From positions 1 to 64,000 of IMG/VR virus record IMGVR_UViG_3300027586_000003: a DNA stretch of 64,000 nucleotides; one strand, given 5' to 3'. Below are positions 24,273 to 34,989 of the stretch, one piece after another. The translations under genes and the position numbers were made by a program. The stretch is from a virus. The stretch's first letter is position 1. Each line of letters begins with the position of its first letter. The notes beneath the pieces are model-generated. The model searched no databases. It worked only from the letters and a program-made list of their open reading frames with translations, and had not been told where the DNA came from.

Positions 24273-27127
24273 TCCACCTCGTATGTTCCGGCTGCGATTC
24301 TGTAGTCGCCGTTGGTTGGCCTAGAATCTACGCGCACAAGCCTCGCGTATGGCAAGTTAATGTTGCCGGGCTGTTGGGAGGGCACCCCGTCCACCCGCCG
24401 CTTGTCCTTTATCCATGAAAAAAACGTCATATATTCTTCATCGGAGATAGTTGGGTTTGGGGACGCGAGCGTGATGTGCTCTCGGTAAGTAGTCACGGCA
24501 TCTCCGTGATAAAATCCGTAATCTACATCCTCTGTTGTAAAGGTGTGTAGGATTTGACCGGCTGCGTTTCGCAGAATTAACTCGTTTCCTCCAAGCGGAG
24601 TCTCCTTTACGCACGCAACTCCAGATTGAAAAATCGGCGCAGGAAGTCCTGTAAGTCCATTTGCAACGAAGGTCAGCTTTGGCTTGACCATTTCGATCGG
24701 AGCGTAAATATACCTTGAATCGATGTAGTAAATTGGGTTGCCAAAAACACCACTAAGGTTTTTCGCCTTTACTGCATAAAAACCGTTTGTTGGTGAATCA
24801 TCCAAGTAACGGCAGCCCCAATAAATTGAATTGAAAAGGGTTCCGTTTTGAACAGTTGCAACGACAGGAAGGCTCTCCCAAGGCTGCGCCGGAATGTAAC
24901 GGCGAATCTCAAAAGAAATGTCTTTTTCCCAGCCTCCAAGGATTATAACGCACCCAGTATCGCTTAGACGACTGATAGCGTATACAGTAATAGAAGGGCC
25001 AGCTATCATTGATTGAAATTGCTCAATCGTAGGGGGACTGGCAAATGCGAAATCCACCGTTCCAGTTTCCGCGTCCACGTCGGATTCATCTGTTCCGGTG
25101 CCATTAAGCCAATCCCTTGAACCGTTGATATAAGGCCCACTTGCTCTCACATTACCCGTTGTTGTGGCATACCTAAGCGATGTTCCCAAACCAGCTTTGC
25201 CTGAATAAATATCGCCAATGTTTACATCGTTTCCGCCGCACTCGTAATTGACTGTTCCGGGCCTATTAACAAACCCTCCCGGCGAAAGAAGCACAACCTC
25301 CTGTGGCCCGGCTGTGATGTTTTCGTTATTTCCAATTGGAGCAACAGAAACCACTGTCGAATTTGACGGCAATTGCCCCGTGTAAGTTGAGTGTTCTGGC
25401 ACTCTTATGACAACTTTGTAAACATCCGATCCGCCCAAAAGAATGTAGTTGTCCCGCACGTCACGTCCAATGAGCGGGCATTCAGCACTCTGAACCAGTC
25501 TGTTTCCGGCGAATCCGAAAAGGCTGGGCTGATGATTTTGGATTCCAACGATAAAATGTCCAAGCGTGTTATCCTTAGTGAACGTGTCGTAATAAGTGAC
25601 GCCACCCACCACAAAAGGGTTTCCTAAAAATGAGTAAAGGTTATACCAGCGTCCCACAATAGCCTGCATATCAAAATTGCCCATTTGCAGGGATGAGGAA
25701 TCCAATGGAAGCTGCGTAGGGTCAGGGCCGGGAATAGGGCCACTCCTGCCCGGACACCACCAAGGAAACACTGCTCCTTGCGGGTGAAAGTATCCGCGCC
25801 GCTGTTGCCCCTGAAACATCATTAGCTGAGTTGACGGAAGCCGGGTTAGGCAAGATTCCAAAACGCTTCTTGCCGAAATAGGCGAGCCGGGAGTCACCAA
25901 ATCGCCATTTGGAAGTTTTGGAGTTTCCGTCAGCGTCGCTCCAGTAAAACCGCAATACACGAAGTTCATTCGCGCCATGAAAACCCCTCCGTCTGGAATC
26001 GCTGCGGCGAGCAGTGGTAGCAAATTGTTAGAATCGTAAAACAAGTTTGAAAGCCAACCGTCAGAGGAATATACGGGAGGCCCGTCAGACAGTAATCCGT
26101 TGTAGGCAACCCCTCCCGTAAGCTTGTAGAACCGACCGGCCACCGTTGGAAATCCGGTGCTGAGTGTAAAACTGCCACCGCTCGCTTCCCGAAAACTGGT
26201 ATGAACAGGCGAGGCTGTGTATTGAGTTGCGTAGTAATAATTCCCAACAGGGAGCACTGGCTGCGAGCAGTCAAGCCGAAGCGGGCTGCCATTCCACAGC
26301 ATCTCCTCAAACGCATACCTCCGCGTCATTAGTATTCTACCTGCGTGCTTAGACGTGAGCAACTGCCGCGATACAATTGATTTATACGTAGTGTGTTCAT
26401 CTCGCGTTTCACACATATCGTCATCCCACTCATCAACAATTTGCAACTTTCTTACAAAGTTCACGGCGACAACCCCACTCACACCGGAAGACCCCGGCGT
26501 AATTGAATTACCGGGTATAATTTCGTAATTTTGGTTCAAACCCGAAGGCGCGAGCGGAGCGGCAGGGTCAAAGCCCCCCAGAACATTTGGCTTTTTTGTA
26601 AATGTAGGGATAAATCTAGGCCCGCCAAGTGAAGAAGCCGTGTTCTGATGTGTTCTGCACAATTTTACATACCCGCTTCCTTCTGTCTGGATTGGTGACG
26701 AAATACTGCCCGGAGGAGGGATTACCATTGCAACCGGAGGGTCTCCAGTTGCGGATTCAGCGGCTTGGAATGTTGCGTTTGGTGCGTATGACACGCCATC
26801 AAGCAGCAACGTGTAGCCAGCAGTTCCGAAAAACTTCCCCTTCGCGTTGGTTTGCAATGTAATATAACCACCTTGGACGGGTTCCAGAGTCAGTGTGTAG
26901 TCATCATCATTTCTTGGGGATGCGCGTGAGATACTTTCGTGCCAACTGGCATTCTGTGGCGCGTAAAAACGCTGATTGATAGTTGGGGTGCCAATGGCCG
27001 TAGCCACATAGTAATCACAAGAAAAAAACGTGAGTCCAACCTGCGTTCCGGGGTCAGCGTTGTCTGGCGGTGGCGGCGGTGGTGTGTTACACGGGCCGCA
27101 GCAATTTCCTATAAGTCCAAGGCTCAT
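24266..27127 (-). CDS. putative tail tip / receptor-binding structural protein
   Basis: 953 aa, beta-rich, N-terminal CCGPC plus poly-Pro, downstream of the hub. Confidence 0.6.
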   Translation of the reverse strand: MSLGLIGNCCGPCNTPPPPPPDNADPGTQVGLTFFSCDYYVATAIGTPTINQRFYAPQNASWHESISRASPRNDDDYTLTLEPVQGGYITLQTNAKGKFFGTAGYTLLLDGVSYAPNATFQAAESATGDPPVAMVIPPPGSISSPIQTEGSGYVKLCRTHQNTASSLGGPRFIPTFTKKPNVLGGFDPAAPLAPSGLNQNYEIIPGNSITPGSSGVSGVVAVNFVRKLQIVDEWDDDMCETRDEHTTYKSIVSRQLLTSKHAGRILMTRRYAFEEMLWNGSPLRLDCSQPVLPVGNYYYATQYTASPVHTSFREASGGSFTLSTGFPTVAGRFYKLTGGVAYNGLLSDGPPVYSSDGWLSNLFYDSNNLLPLLAAAIPDGGVFMARMNFVYCGFTGATLTETPKLPNGDLVTPGSPISARSVLESCLTRLPSTQLMMFQGQQRRGYFHPQGAVFPWWCPGRSGPIPGPDPTQLPLDSSSLQMGNFDMQAIVGRWYNLYSFLGNPFVVGGVTYYDTFTKDNTLGHFIVGIQNHQPSLFGFAGNRLVQSAECPLIGRDVRDNYILLGGSDVYKVVIRVPEHSTYTGQLPSNSTVVSVAPIGNNENITAGPQEVVLLSPGGFVNRPGTVNYECGGNDVNIGDIYSGKAGLGTSLRYATTTGNVRASGPYINGSRDWLNGTGTDESDVDAETGTVDFAFASPPTIEQFQSMIAGPSITVYAISRLSDTGCVIILGGWEKDISFEIRRYIPAQPWESLPVVATVQNGTLFNSIYWGCRYLDDSPTNGFYAVKAKNLSGVFGNPIYYIDSRYIYAPIEMVKPKLTFVANGLTGLPAPIFQSGVACVKETPLGGNELILRNAAGQILHTFTTEDVDYGFYHGDAVTTYREHITLASPNPTISDEEYMTFFSWIKDKRRVDGVPSQQPGNINLPYARLVRVDSRPTNGDYRIAAGTYEVEW

Positions 27128-27129
27128 AA

Positions 27130-29199
27130 TTAGTATGGAGCCGAACCTAAAAGCAACACTTTCTTAGTTACATTGTTGACGCAGATGGTGTATTCTCTTA
27201 CTGATAGCTCCTTGCCATTACAGGCTGACAGTAACATCGAAATTGCAGAACCCGACGCGACCGTTACTCCTAATGAATTGTTTTGCGATGTTCCCCCTAC
27301 TGATTCCATTTTGAAACTGCCCGCTTCGGCGTTCACCACTACTTTTAAGTGCGTTGTTGGCAAAGTGTTATTTACCGGAGCGGCTGATATGAATGTCTGA
27401 ACATTGTGTATCGAGTGGCCTCCAACACTGTTGTCAGCGTTGGTGTTCTTCGGCAGCGCGTTGGCCGTGCCCCCCGCCCCTTGCCCGGTCTGAACTGTGT
27501 CAGGTGCGATGAAGCGTTGGCGGAAGCGGGTGACTCGAAGGAGTTCAACCAAATCGCCTGCTGACAGGTAACGCGGCACTCCAACCGACACGGTGACGGA
27601 GGCCGTATCAACAGATTCTTCAACCGTCTGAATCATCATGTTTTGCCAATAAGAACTCCCGCCTGCTATGCTCAACTTGTTTCCAATCCATACCTTTGAT
27701 GGATCAATTTCTTGGCTTTTAATTGTCACACTTCCGTCGTGCTGCAAGATTTTCAAACCGTCGTAAAGGCTTTGCGCCAGACCTGAAGGTATCGGGTCGC
27801 CGCTGCTTGACGACTGCAAGCCTGAGTAGGTTCCTGAACTGGCGTTTGTGGCTGTAAATTTTATCGTCTGCGTCTCAGACTTGCTGTTTTTGGTTCCAGC
27901 AATAGTTTGTTGGTGGTCAAGCGCGTAAATTGCAGTGTATTGCTGTGCTATTAACGGGTTGCCGTTGGCGAACTTGAGTCCATCTACGACCGATCCGGTA
28001 AGCACGTCGTTGAGGAGATAACCCCCCACTTGGCTGCCATCTTGGTTGAGCACCTGTTGTAACCCATAGCTGGTCAGAGATGATCCGGTTGCACGAAGAA
28101 ACGGTAGCTTCCGCCTTAACCAATTTGCTGAACCCCACGGCATTGTTTCGATTGTGGCAGATACATAGCTGCTCACCCAACCAACCATATTTACCGACAA
28201 CAAGAGTTCTTTGAATGTGTTCTCTGGTGCGGTTGGTGGTGCGGGAATTACGCCTGTTACTCCGTTGAGCGGAGGCGTATTTGACTTGACAATGGTTCCC
28301 GCTGGTGAGATATAGTAGTAGCCGCCCCCAACCGCTTCTGCGAGAAACGTGCCGCTTCCATTTGGAGGAACTGGATAAATATCCCACACGTCATAAATCC
28401 ACGCCCTTCCATTCGTGTTGTTCTGCTGCGCATATTTTATTCGCACCCGGTCAACTACACGATCATTGCGAGGAGTCAGGTTTACGGTTCCAATCACATC
28501 GTCGGCAAGGTTTATAGTAAGTGGGACAAGCACCTTTTTGATGTTCAATGTCGGCGGCGTCGTGGTGTAGTCGAACGCTGTCACCGCATCTGGCGTCCAT
28601 CGCATCTGATGCTTGACCGCCTCACCCACCGTGATGTCGTTTACGTCGCTCCACGGCGGCGTTGTGACTGGGCAGACACCAAGCTGAAGCAAGTCGCCAA
28701 TCCCCTCGGCGGTTGCCATTTGGTTCACAAACGCAACAATTTCTGTCATCTGCTGCGAGATTGTCTGGTGGCTTCCGTTAAATCCCATGTTCAGAATCAT
28801 CTTTGAGCGGTAGCCGCCGATGAGTGAAGAGTCTGCGGAAGCCGGATTAACGGCGCGATACCAAATTTTTTGAAAAACGATCTGGTCAAACCATTTCCAA
28901 GCGTTCTTGGCCTTGTAGTTGCGACGTTCTTGTGTGCCAGAAAGCGATTGAGACGGGTCGCCAATCCATCCAACAAACCATATCGTTGAAATCCCGTTCT
29001 TCACCGCAGTCACAGTCACCTTTCCATCGTAAGCGAACTGAGGGTCTGTGGTGGATTTCTCGGCAGTGGTGAAGCTGATTTCATCGGGAGCCTGAGAGAC
29101 GCGCTTGCGCTTGAAGTTGGTGATGCCCCAAGCAGCTAATGTTTTCGTGACCACCGCGCTTGTCGGAGTCGCTTGGTATGTCAGATTCCAGATAATCAT
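27130..29199 (-). CDS. putative tail hub / baseplate protein
   Basis: 689 aa directly after the tape measure (ATGA overlap), beta-rich. Confidence 0.65.
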   Translation of the reverse strand: MIIWNLTYQATPTSAVVTKTLAAWGITNFKRKRVSQAPDEISFTTAEKSTTDPQFAYDGKVTVTAVKNGISTIWFVGWIGDPSQSLSGTQERRNYKAKNAWKWFDQIVFQKIWYRAVNPASADSSLIGGYRSKMILNMGFNGSHQTISQQMTEIVAFVNQMATAEGIGDLLQLGVCPVTTPPWSDVNDITVGEAVKHQMRWTPDAVTAFDYTTTPPTLNIKKVLVPLTINLADDVIGTVNLTPRNDRVVDRVRIKYAQQNNTNGRAWIYDVWDIYPVPPNGSGTFLAEAVGGGYYYISPAGTIVKSNTPPLNGVTGVIPAPPTAPENTFKELLLSVNMVGWVSSYVSATIETMPWGSANWLRRKLPFLRATGSSLTSYGLQQVLNQDGSQVGGYLLNDVLTGSVVDGLKFANGNPLIAQQYTAIYALDHQQTIAGTKNSKSETQTIKFTATNASSGTYSGLQSSSSGDPIPSGLAQSLYDGLKILQHDGSVTIKSQEIDPSKVWIGNKLSIAGGSSYWQNMMIQTVEESVDTASVTVSVGVPRYLSAGDLVELLRVTRFRQRFIAPDTVQTGQGAGGTANALPKNTNADNSVGGHSIHNVQTFISAAPVNNTLPTTHLKVVVNAEAGSFKMESVGGTSQNNSLGVTVASGSAISMLLSACNGKELSVREYTICVNNVTKKVLLLGSAPY

Positions 29200-32100
29200 C
29201 TTCCGTTCCTCACGTAAGCACGAAGCTCTTCCAACTCTCTGCTTTGAGCCTGCTGCATGGAAACAAACTCGCGTATGGACAAGAGCGTTTCGGTGTTCGA
29301 CTGCATAGCTGCTTTGTTCATGTCAATCATGCCCTTAGTTACCGATGCGTTGGACTGTCGCACGAATTCTGAACTTTGTGCAACCCCGTCATAAAGCTCA
29401 TCATTGGGAACTATGCTGCCGTCCTGTTTAGGGACGAACAGTTCTGGGCCTTTTTCGCCAACGACATGAGTTACACCCGACTCGACATCGCCGCCGTCTT
29501 CGCGTGCGGGGAGAGTCGGATCAAACGAGAAGCCGCCGCGATTGCCGAACATATCAATCGGGCCAGCCCCAGTGCCGCCCACGCCATGAAAACGGGCTTT
29601 CTTATACTCATCCCGAGTCGGGCCACCGCTGCGGAGCCTCTTTCGATCTTCCTCCTGCCTGAGTCTCTCTTTCTCCGCATCTGCGTAGAAATCATAAGAA
29701 ATACTGCCCGCCGTTGCGAGTGTTCTAATGGGTGCAGAGAACCCTGTAATCCCTCCTTTTGCGACGCGCAGATTATCATGCCAACTTTCAGGGGTATTAT
29801 TTGTTACAAACTCAGGCAAAATTGATATTCCATCTTCGATTTTTTTTATCTGCCCCTTGGGGTCGCTGGCAAGAATTGCCGCATCAATAGCCATCAATAC
29901 TGGGCCAAGTTTAGGCACCTTGCTGAGTAGGCTGTGCGCGTATCCTCCAGCCGTTCCAACAAGACTAGCTGCTGCTGGTGCTACATTCGCCAAAAAAGGC
30001 TTGGCCTTAGCTAAAACTCCAGCAGCGTGTAGAGCCGTTTCACCCTTATGAACAATACCAGATATAGCATCTACCTTATCTACAATGTTTGTAGCGGTGT
30101 TCGGATTTGGAACAATTTTTCCGTCCTCGTTGGGAACAAAAACCTCCTTACCCTTCTCGCCAACAACGATAGGCTCTCCAGCCGTAACCTCTCCGCCTTC
30201 GGAAAAGTGTGGCAATCCAGCCGCCGCCCGATCCGCCTCGTCACGCCGCTTCTTCTCGTCGGCGAAAGCCTGCGCGTTGTCAGCGGAAGGCTCCGGCGTG
30301 ATTGTGGGCGTGACCGGGGCCGCTGCTGGTTGCTCTGGCGCAACTGTTGGCGGCGCGGCAGCTACGACCGGATTGGGTGCGGTAGCGGGGGTTACGGGCG
30401 GGGCCGCTGGCGGTTCTGGCTTCGGTGCGTTGCGTGCGGCCCACGCTGCGGAACTCCGATACGCCGCATCTAACTTGGCTTGCTCGATCCTCTCTTTCTC
30501 AGCTTGCTGCTTCTCCTTGTTTTTCGCAAGCGTCTTGCGACCGAGTATGACCTGTGCATATTTCTTCGGGTTGTTCTTTTTAAGACCGGCCAAATACGAT
30601 GCGTCATCGGCCTCGTCCAGCACAGTCTTTTCAGCGGCTTCCCTGTCTTTACGCGCACTTGCAATATCCGCCTCGCTTACTCCGCGTTTTCTGGCTTCCT
30701 CGTCATCAAGGTCGTTTCTCTGTTTGCTCGCTGAGTCGCCTTGCCTGCGTTGCAAGACACGCTCCTGCGTTGACAGAAACTCTTCGTAGTAAGCCCGCTG
30801 CTCTGGCGTCAGCTTCGACTTCATCGCCTCGAACTTTTCACGCCGGGCGGCAATGTCAGCGGCCTGCTCTTCAAACGGTTTTGCACGCTGGGCTGCGGCA
30901 GCGTCATCAACTTTTTGCTTATCTGCCTTGTCTTGCTTCTCGCGTTGTTTGACGGCAAAAGTTTTCCCGTTTACGAGACGTTTGTTTTCTGGGTCAATGA
31001 CTAATCCATTCTTGGCAATGAAATCTCGGTTGTCCGGGTCACGCATGAACTCAGTCAAAGCGTCACCGCTTAAAGATGCTGCCTGCTGCAACCTTTTCGT
31101 TTCTCCTGCGCGGCCTTCTGTGGAACCGATACGGCCACGAAGCGCGAAGTTTTCAAATGCACTAGCACCGCGCTCATCCATAATATCGTGAGCAGCATCA
31201 AAGAAGCCAGAGAACACGCTTGCAGATTTTCCAACAACTCTAGCTGGAATACTAAGCAGGTTGAAAGCATTGCCGAGGACGTTGTTGAAAATGTCACCGG
31301 CTCCTGCTCCACCATACCAACCAAAGCCAAGTTGATCCGCTTTAGCCTTGAAGCCGTCCCTTTGACCGCCGCGCCCTTGAACTTTGAAAATATCGGAAGC
31401 AAAGTTTTTTTGCGCTTCCGCTGAATTTCCCGCTTCTGTGCCTGTTTGAAGGATTTTTTCTGTGTCAGAATCAAACGTCTTTTTGTCGAGTGCGTAATCC
31501 ACCAGAAGCGAAGCAGGGCCAGCCGCTTTGCCGAGCGCACCAAGCACAGGCTTCGCTGCCGTTCCTATCGCGCCAACCGCATTGGTCAATGTTGGGGTTG
31601 CAGTCTTGGTTGCTGCCAAAGCCTTTCCGCCAGCGTTAATGACCTTCCCAATCATTTCTCCACCCGGCAACGACTTAGCCATCGTTGTCGCCACTTTCAC
31701 TAGGGGCTTCGCGCTGCTGAGTCCTGCGTTGGCCGCAGCCCGTGCCGCCAAAGCCTCCGCTTCCATCGCTGATTTTGAAAGTTGGCTTGCCGCAGCGTAA
31801 CGACCAGCCTGCATCCCAGAATTGCTACCAAGAGCCGTTTTAGCCGCGTTCGCCGCATCCCGCGCCGTAGCCGCCGTGCCTGCCGCTGCGGCTGCCCTGC
31901 CGTCAAGGATAGCTTTGCCAGCCGCGCCGACGTTCGCAGCACCAGCAGCCCCACCCGCCATCGCGGAATCTAATGGAGACGGCTTATCCTTGTCTTTCGC
32001 ACCACCATGCTCGCCCGGCGCAGCCCCCGGCGTGCTTGCGTCATCACCCGTAGGTTCACCACCCGTAGGTTCACCACCCGTAGGTGAGCCACCCGTAGGT

Positions 32101-34868
32101 GAGCCACCCGTAGGTGAGCCACCCGTAGGTGAGCCACCCGTAGGTGAGCCACCCGTAGGTGAGCCGCCTGAGCCGCTTGGTTGTCCACCGCCACCGCCAC
32201 CACCACTACCACCCGACCCTGCGAACGGGTATCCACCGCCGCCGCCTCCGCCACCCCCGCTAGTCGTGTATCCGCCTCCGCCCGGCCCGCCACTGCCACC
32301 GCCACGATAACCTCCGCCACCACCTCCGCCCGGCCCTCCGGCCATCACCGGCCCGCCGCCGACACCAGTGACCGGGAAGACCCCGCCTGTCACCCCCACA
32401 ATAATCACCGGAAGTGGGACTGGAATTCCACCAACCCCAGCAACCCCTTGGCCCACAACCGGCATTCCCGCTCTTGGTTGGCCCACAGGGACGCCGGAAG
32501 CTGTCTGGGTTGCTGGAACTGTAGGGCCGACACCCGGAACGATTGGCTGGCCGCTTGGAGCCGCCGGAACCACAGGAACCGGCTGGCCCACGACAGGCGT
32601 TACCCGTGGATACAACTGTGGGTTAGCCCCCGTATAAGGTGCGACCGGGGTTGTTGCGGGGGGCGCAAACTGACCCGTGGTGAAATCCACATCACCGCGC
32701 TGGCGACCGACAGCATTGTTGGCGGCTGTTACGCCTCCTTCAAGCTCTGTCTGAGCAAGCCGTAACGCTGCTGGCGAACCGCTGGATTTAGCACCCGCTA
32801 CGGCAGATTGTTTCTTTAACAACTCAATCTGTTGCTGGTTGGCGAAAATAGCCCTGTCCAAACTCTGCCGTTGGAAGTTGGTAGCGTTTCTCTTCTGAAG
32901 AGAAAGCTCTGCGTTCTTAGCCTCAAGTGATTTCGCAGCTTCGTCCGGCGTGAAGCTGGCGTTCATTTGATCCATCTTCGACTGGTCGCCGATACGGTCA
33001 GCCTCCGCAGTCAAGCCGCGCACCCGTGGCATATTGGACATTTCTTTCGACTTGCGGGAATACTCGTTGCTGGCCTTGTCCAAAGCCTTCTTCAGTTCCC
33101 GCGTGCGCTTGCCGTTCTTATCCTCTTCCTCGATGCCGCTCGCCTTTGCCTTAGTCAAGCTCACCGCTCCATCATTCTCCAAATCCTGATTTTCCCCTCT
33201 GCTTAAACCGAACTCGGCATACACATCCGAAATTTTTGGCTCTTTAACATCCGCACCGCCACGCCCCTGAACAATTGCCGCAATCTTTGCCGCAGCATCC
33301 CGCCTCCGTTGCGCAAGAGACTTCTCAGCATGGAAATCGTCAGATTCTTTCTTGGCCTGCTGGTAGTTTTCTCCGGCCTCGAAAACCTCTGTGTCTTTTT
33401 TAGCAACCTTCAACTGATACTTTTCATTGTCAGCCTTGGCTCGCGCCCCCTGCCGCTGCTGCTCCGCCTGAACCTTGTTGATTTTGCCGCCTTTTTCATC
33501 GGCATCAATCTGAGCAAGCTTCAATTTAAGCTCGGCATCCACCAACTCCATCTGGGCTGAAATCTCTGCATTTAGCTCAGAAACGTATTCTTTGGTTGCT
33601 GCCGCCGCTTCCTCGGCTGCTACCTTGTTGTTTTTAAGTTGCTCCGTGCGGGCCTGCTCCGCCTCCTTGACCTTGGCTGCCGACGCTGCGTTGCGGTCGT
33701 TCTCAATCGTGATTTGTTCAAGTGACGGAATCAAATCTTGAATCCACTTCGGCAACGACTTCCAAGCATTGCCTAAATCGTCAACTTTTTTGTTTAACCA
33801 CTCCATCGCCGTAGCCGTCCCATAGAATATCTTGTCTAAGAGGAGGAAGCCCGCAACGAACTCGCCGACCTTTTCCTTTAGGTTGGAGAACTGAACGCCC
33901 ACCTTGTTAGTCATCCCAGAGAGCGTCTTGCCAGCCGCTTCCGCCAGCGGTGCGCCCTTGGTGTTAATCAGCGCAATGGCTTCCGCCAGTTCAGCGGCTT
34001 TGTTGCCAGACTGCGAAACGTCAATGCCCCACTTCTTGAGCATCCGACTGTTCCCCTCCATCACCCTCGAAAACATCATTGCGGCGCGTTCCGGCGATGT
34101 CCCCATAATCGCAGCGAGGTTTCTCACCGCCTCGCCGTAGCTCTCAATTGATTCGGTGGGAGCACCATGCTGCGTCAGCCGCGTCAAGACGCCCAACCAC
34201 CGCTCGCCGCCAATGCCAGAAGCGTTTGCAAGACTATCAGCAAGCCCCCTGTATCGCTGGCTCGTCTCCTCGGTGAGCGTGCCGTTGGCAGCCAGCGCGG
34301 AGTCCAGACGCACCACCGCTTGTTGCAACTGCTCGAATTCCGCAACCGCTTCTCGCCCAATGTCCACGCTCTTCTTGGCCGCATAACCCCACGCCAACCA
34401 AGAGCCTGCCCCGGCCTCCAGTGCCCCGTGCAGACCAGACAGCCCGCCGCCCGCATTCTTGTAGGCTGCCGTGAACTGACCGAGAGATTCCTTGGCCCGT
34501 GCAAGCGGCCCATCCACGTCTTGACCGAGTTGACGCCCGATGTCGCGGGCTTGATTGGTGTGGACGCTGGCCGCTGCTTGCTGGGATGCGCCGCCGCCCC
34601 TCGACAGCGTTGCCGCCATCTGCTTGTGCTGCTCTTGGGCGTAAATCAGCGCAGAAGCCTGCTCTGCGAGCTTGCGGTTGAGGGTGTCAACGGCTCCGGC
34701 AGCGTTGCGGTAGGCGTCACTTCCTTGGGCGAGGTTCTGTTGCTGGGCAGTGAGTTGCGCCCGCAGCTTCACCACCGCTTCATACTGCGCGATGGTTTCA
34801 ATCTTGAGAGCCTGAAGAGGCCCAAGATTTGCAGTGGTTAAGATGTCAACCGTGTATTGCTGCGACAT
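29196..34868 (-). CDS. tape measure protein with long Gly/Pro-rich insert
   Basis: Ala/Lys/Glu helical composition; two copies of the GG.V......VGEKG.E.FVP..DG.IVPN motif. Confidence 0.8.
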   Translation of the reverse strand: MSQQYTVDILTTANLGPLQALKIETIAQYEAVVKLRAQLTAQQQNLAQGSDAYRNAAGAVDTLNRKLAEQASALIYAQEQHKQMAATLSRGGGASQQAAASVHTNQARDIGRQLGQDVDGPLARAKESLGQFTAAYKNAGGGLSGLHGALEAGAGSWLAWGYAAKKSVDIGREAVAEFEQLQQAVVRLDSALAANGTLTEETSQRYRGLADSLANASGIGGERWLGVLTRLTQHGAPTESIESYGEAVRNLAAIMGTSPERAAMMFSRVMEGNSRMLKKWGIDVSQSGNKAAELAEAIALINTKGAPLAEAAGKTLSGMTNKVGVQFSNLKEKVGEFVAGFLLLDKIFYGTATAMEWLNKKVDDLGNAWKSLPKWIQDLIPSLEQITIENDRNAASAAKVKEAEQARTEQLKNNKVAAEEAAAATKEYVSELNAEISAQMELVDAELKLKLAQIDADEKGGKINKVQAEQQRQGARAKADNEKYQLKVAKKDTEVFEAGENYQQAKKESDDFHAEKSLAQRRRDAAAKIAAIVQGRGGADVKEPKISDVYAEFGLSRGENQDLENDGAVSLTKAKASGIEEEDKNGKRTRELKKALDKASNEYSRKSKEMSNMPRVRGLTAEADRIGDQSKMDQMNASFTPDEAAKSLEAKNAELSLQKRNATNFQRQSLDRAIFANQQQIELLKKQSAVAGAKSSGSPAALRLAQTELEGGVTAANNAVGRQRGDVDFTTGQFAPPATTPVAPYTGANPQLYPRVTPVVGQPVPVVPAAPSGQPIVPGVGPTVPATQTASGVPVGQPRAGMPVVGQGVAGVGGIPVPLPVIIVGVTGGVFPVTGVGGGPVMAGGPGGGGGGGYRGGGSGGPGGGGYTTSGGGGGGGGGYPFAGSGGSGGGGGGGQPSGSGGSPTGGSPTGGSPTGGSPTGGSPTGGSPTGGEPTGGEPTGDDASTPGAAPGEHGGAKDKDKPSPLDSAMAGGAAGAANVGAAGKAILDGRAAAAAGTAATARDAANAAKTALGSNSGMQAGRYAAASQLSKSAMEAEALAARAAANAGLSSAKPLVKVATTMAKSLPGGEMIGKVINAGGKALAATKTATPTLTNAVGAIGTAAKPVLGALGKAAGPASLLVDYALDKKTFDSDTEKILQTGTEAGNSAEAQKNFASDIFKVQGRGGQRDGFKAKADQLGFGWYGGAGAGDIFNNVLGNAFNLLSIPARVVGKSASVFSGFFDAAHDIMDERGASAFENFALRGRIGSTEGRAGETKRLQQAASLSGDALTEFMRDPDNRDFIAKNGLVIDPENKRLVNGKTFAVKQREKQDKADKQKVDDAAAAQRAKPFEEQAADIAARREKFEAMKSKLTPEQRAYYEEFLSTQERVLQRRQGDSASKQRNDLDDEEARKRGVSEADIASARKDREAAEKTVLDEADDASYLAGLKKNNPKKYAQVILGRKTLAKNKEKQQAEKERIEQAKLDAAYRSSAAWAARNAPKPEPPAAPPVTPATAPNPVVAAAPPTVAPEQPAAAPVTPTITPEPSADNAQAFADEKKRRDEADRAAAGLPHFSEGGEVTAGEPIVVGEKGKEVFVPNEDGKIVPNPNTATNIVDKVDAISGIVHKGETALHAAGVLAKAKPFLANVAPAAASLVGTAGGYAHSLLSKVPKLGPVLMAIDAAILASDPKGQIKKIEDGISILPEFVTNNTPESWHDNLRVAKGGITGFSAPIRTLATAGSISYDFYADAEKERLRQEEDRKRLRSGGPTRDEYKKARFHGVGGTGAGPIDMFGNRGGFSFDPTLPAREDGGDVESGVTHVVGEKGPELFVPKQDGSIVPNDELYDGVAQSSEFVRQSNASVTKGMIDMNKAAMQSNTETLLSIREFVSMQQAQSRELEELRAYVRNGR
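32046..32165 (-). repeat. 8 x 15-nt tandem repeat encoding GGSPT/GGEPT
   Basis: ACCCGTAGGTGAGCC x6 and ACCCGTAGGTTCACC x2 on the + strand. Confidence 0.95.
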
Positions 34869-34874
34869 GGCTGC

Positions 34875-34902
34875 TTGTTACCACAACGGCCAGCGTTAGC
34901 AA
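34875..34902 (-). promoter_or_regulatory. possible leaderless promoter of the tape measure gene
   Basis: TTGCTA-16-TAACAA-6 nt-ATG. Confidence 0.35.
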
Positions 34903-34948
34903 GAAAACGAACAAAAGCCCGGCTGCCGAATCAATCGGAAGCCGGGCT
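34903..34948 (-). terminator. intrinsic terminator
   Basis: AGCCCGGCT...AGCCGGGCT stem followed by TTTGTTCGTTTTC. Confidence 0.75.
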
Positions 34949-34989
34949 GCTCGCACCAATGGGCGTTTTCAGCCCGCAGAGGAACCTGT

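Noticed and set aside
32046-32165. CRISPR-like array
   Set aside because: Contiguous 15-nt units with no unique spacers, in frame within the tape measure gene.
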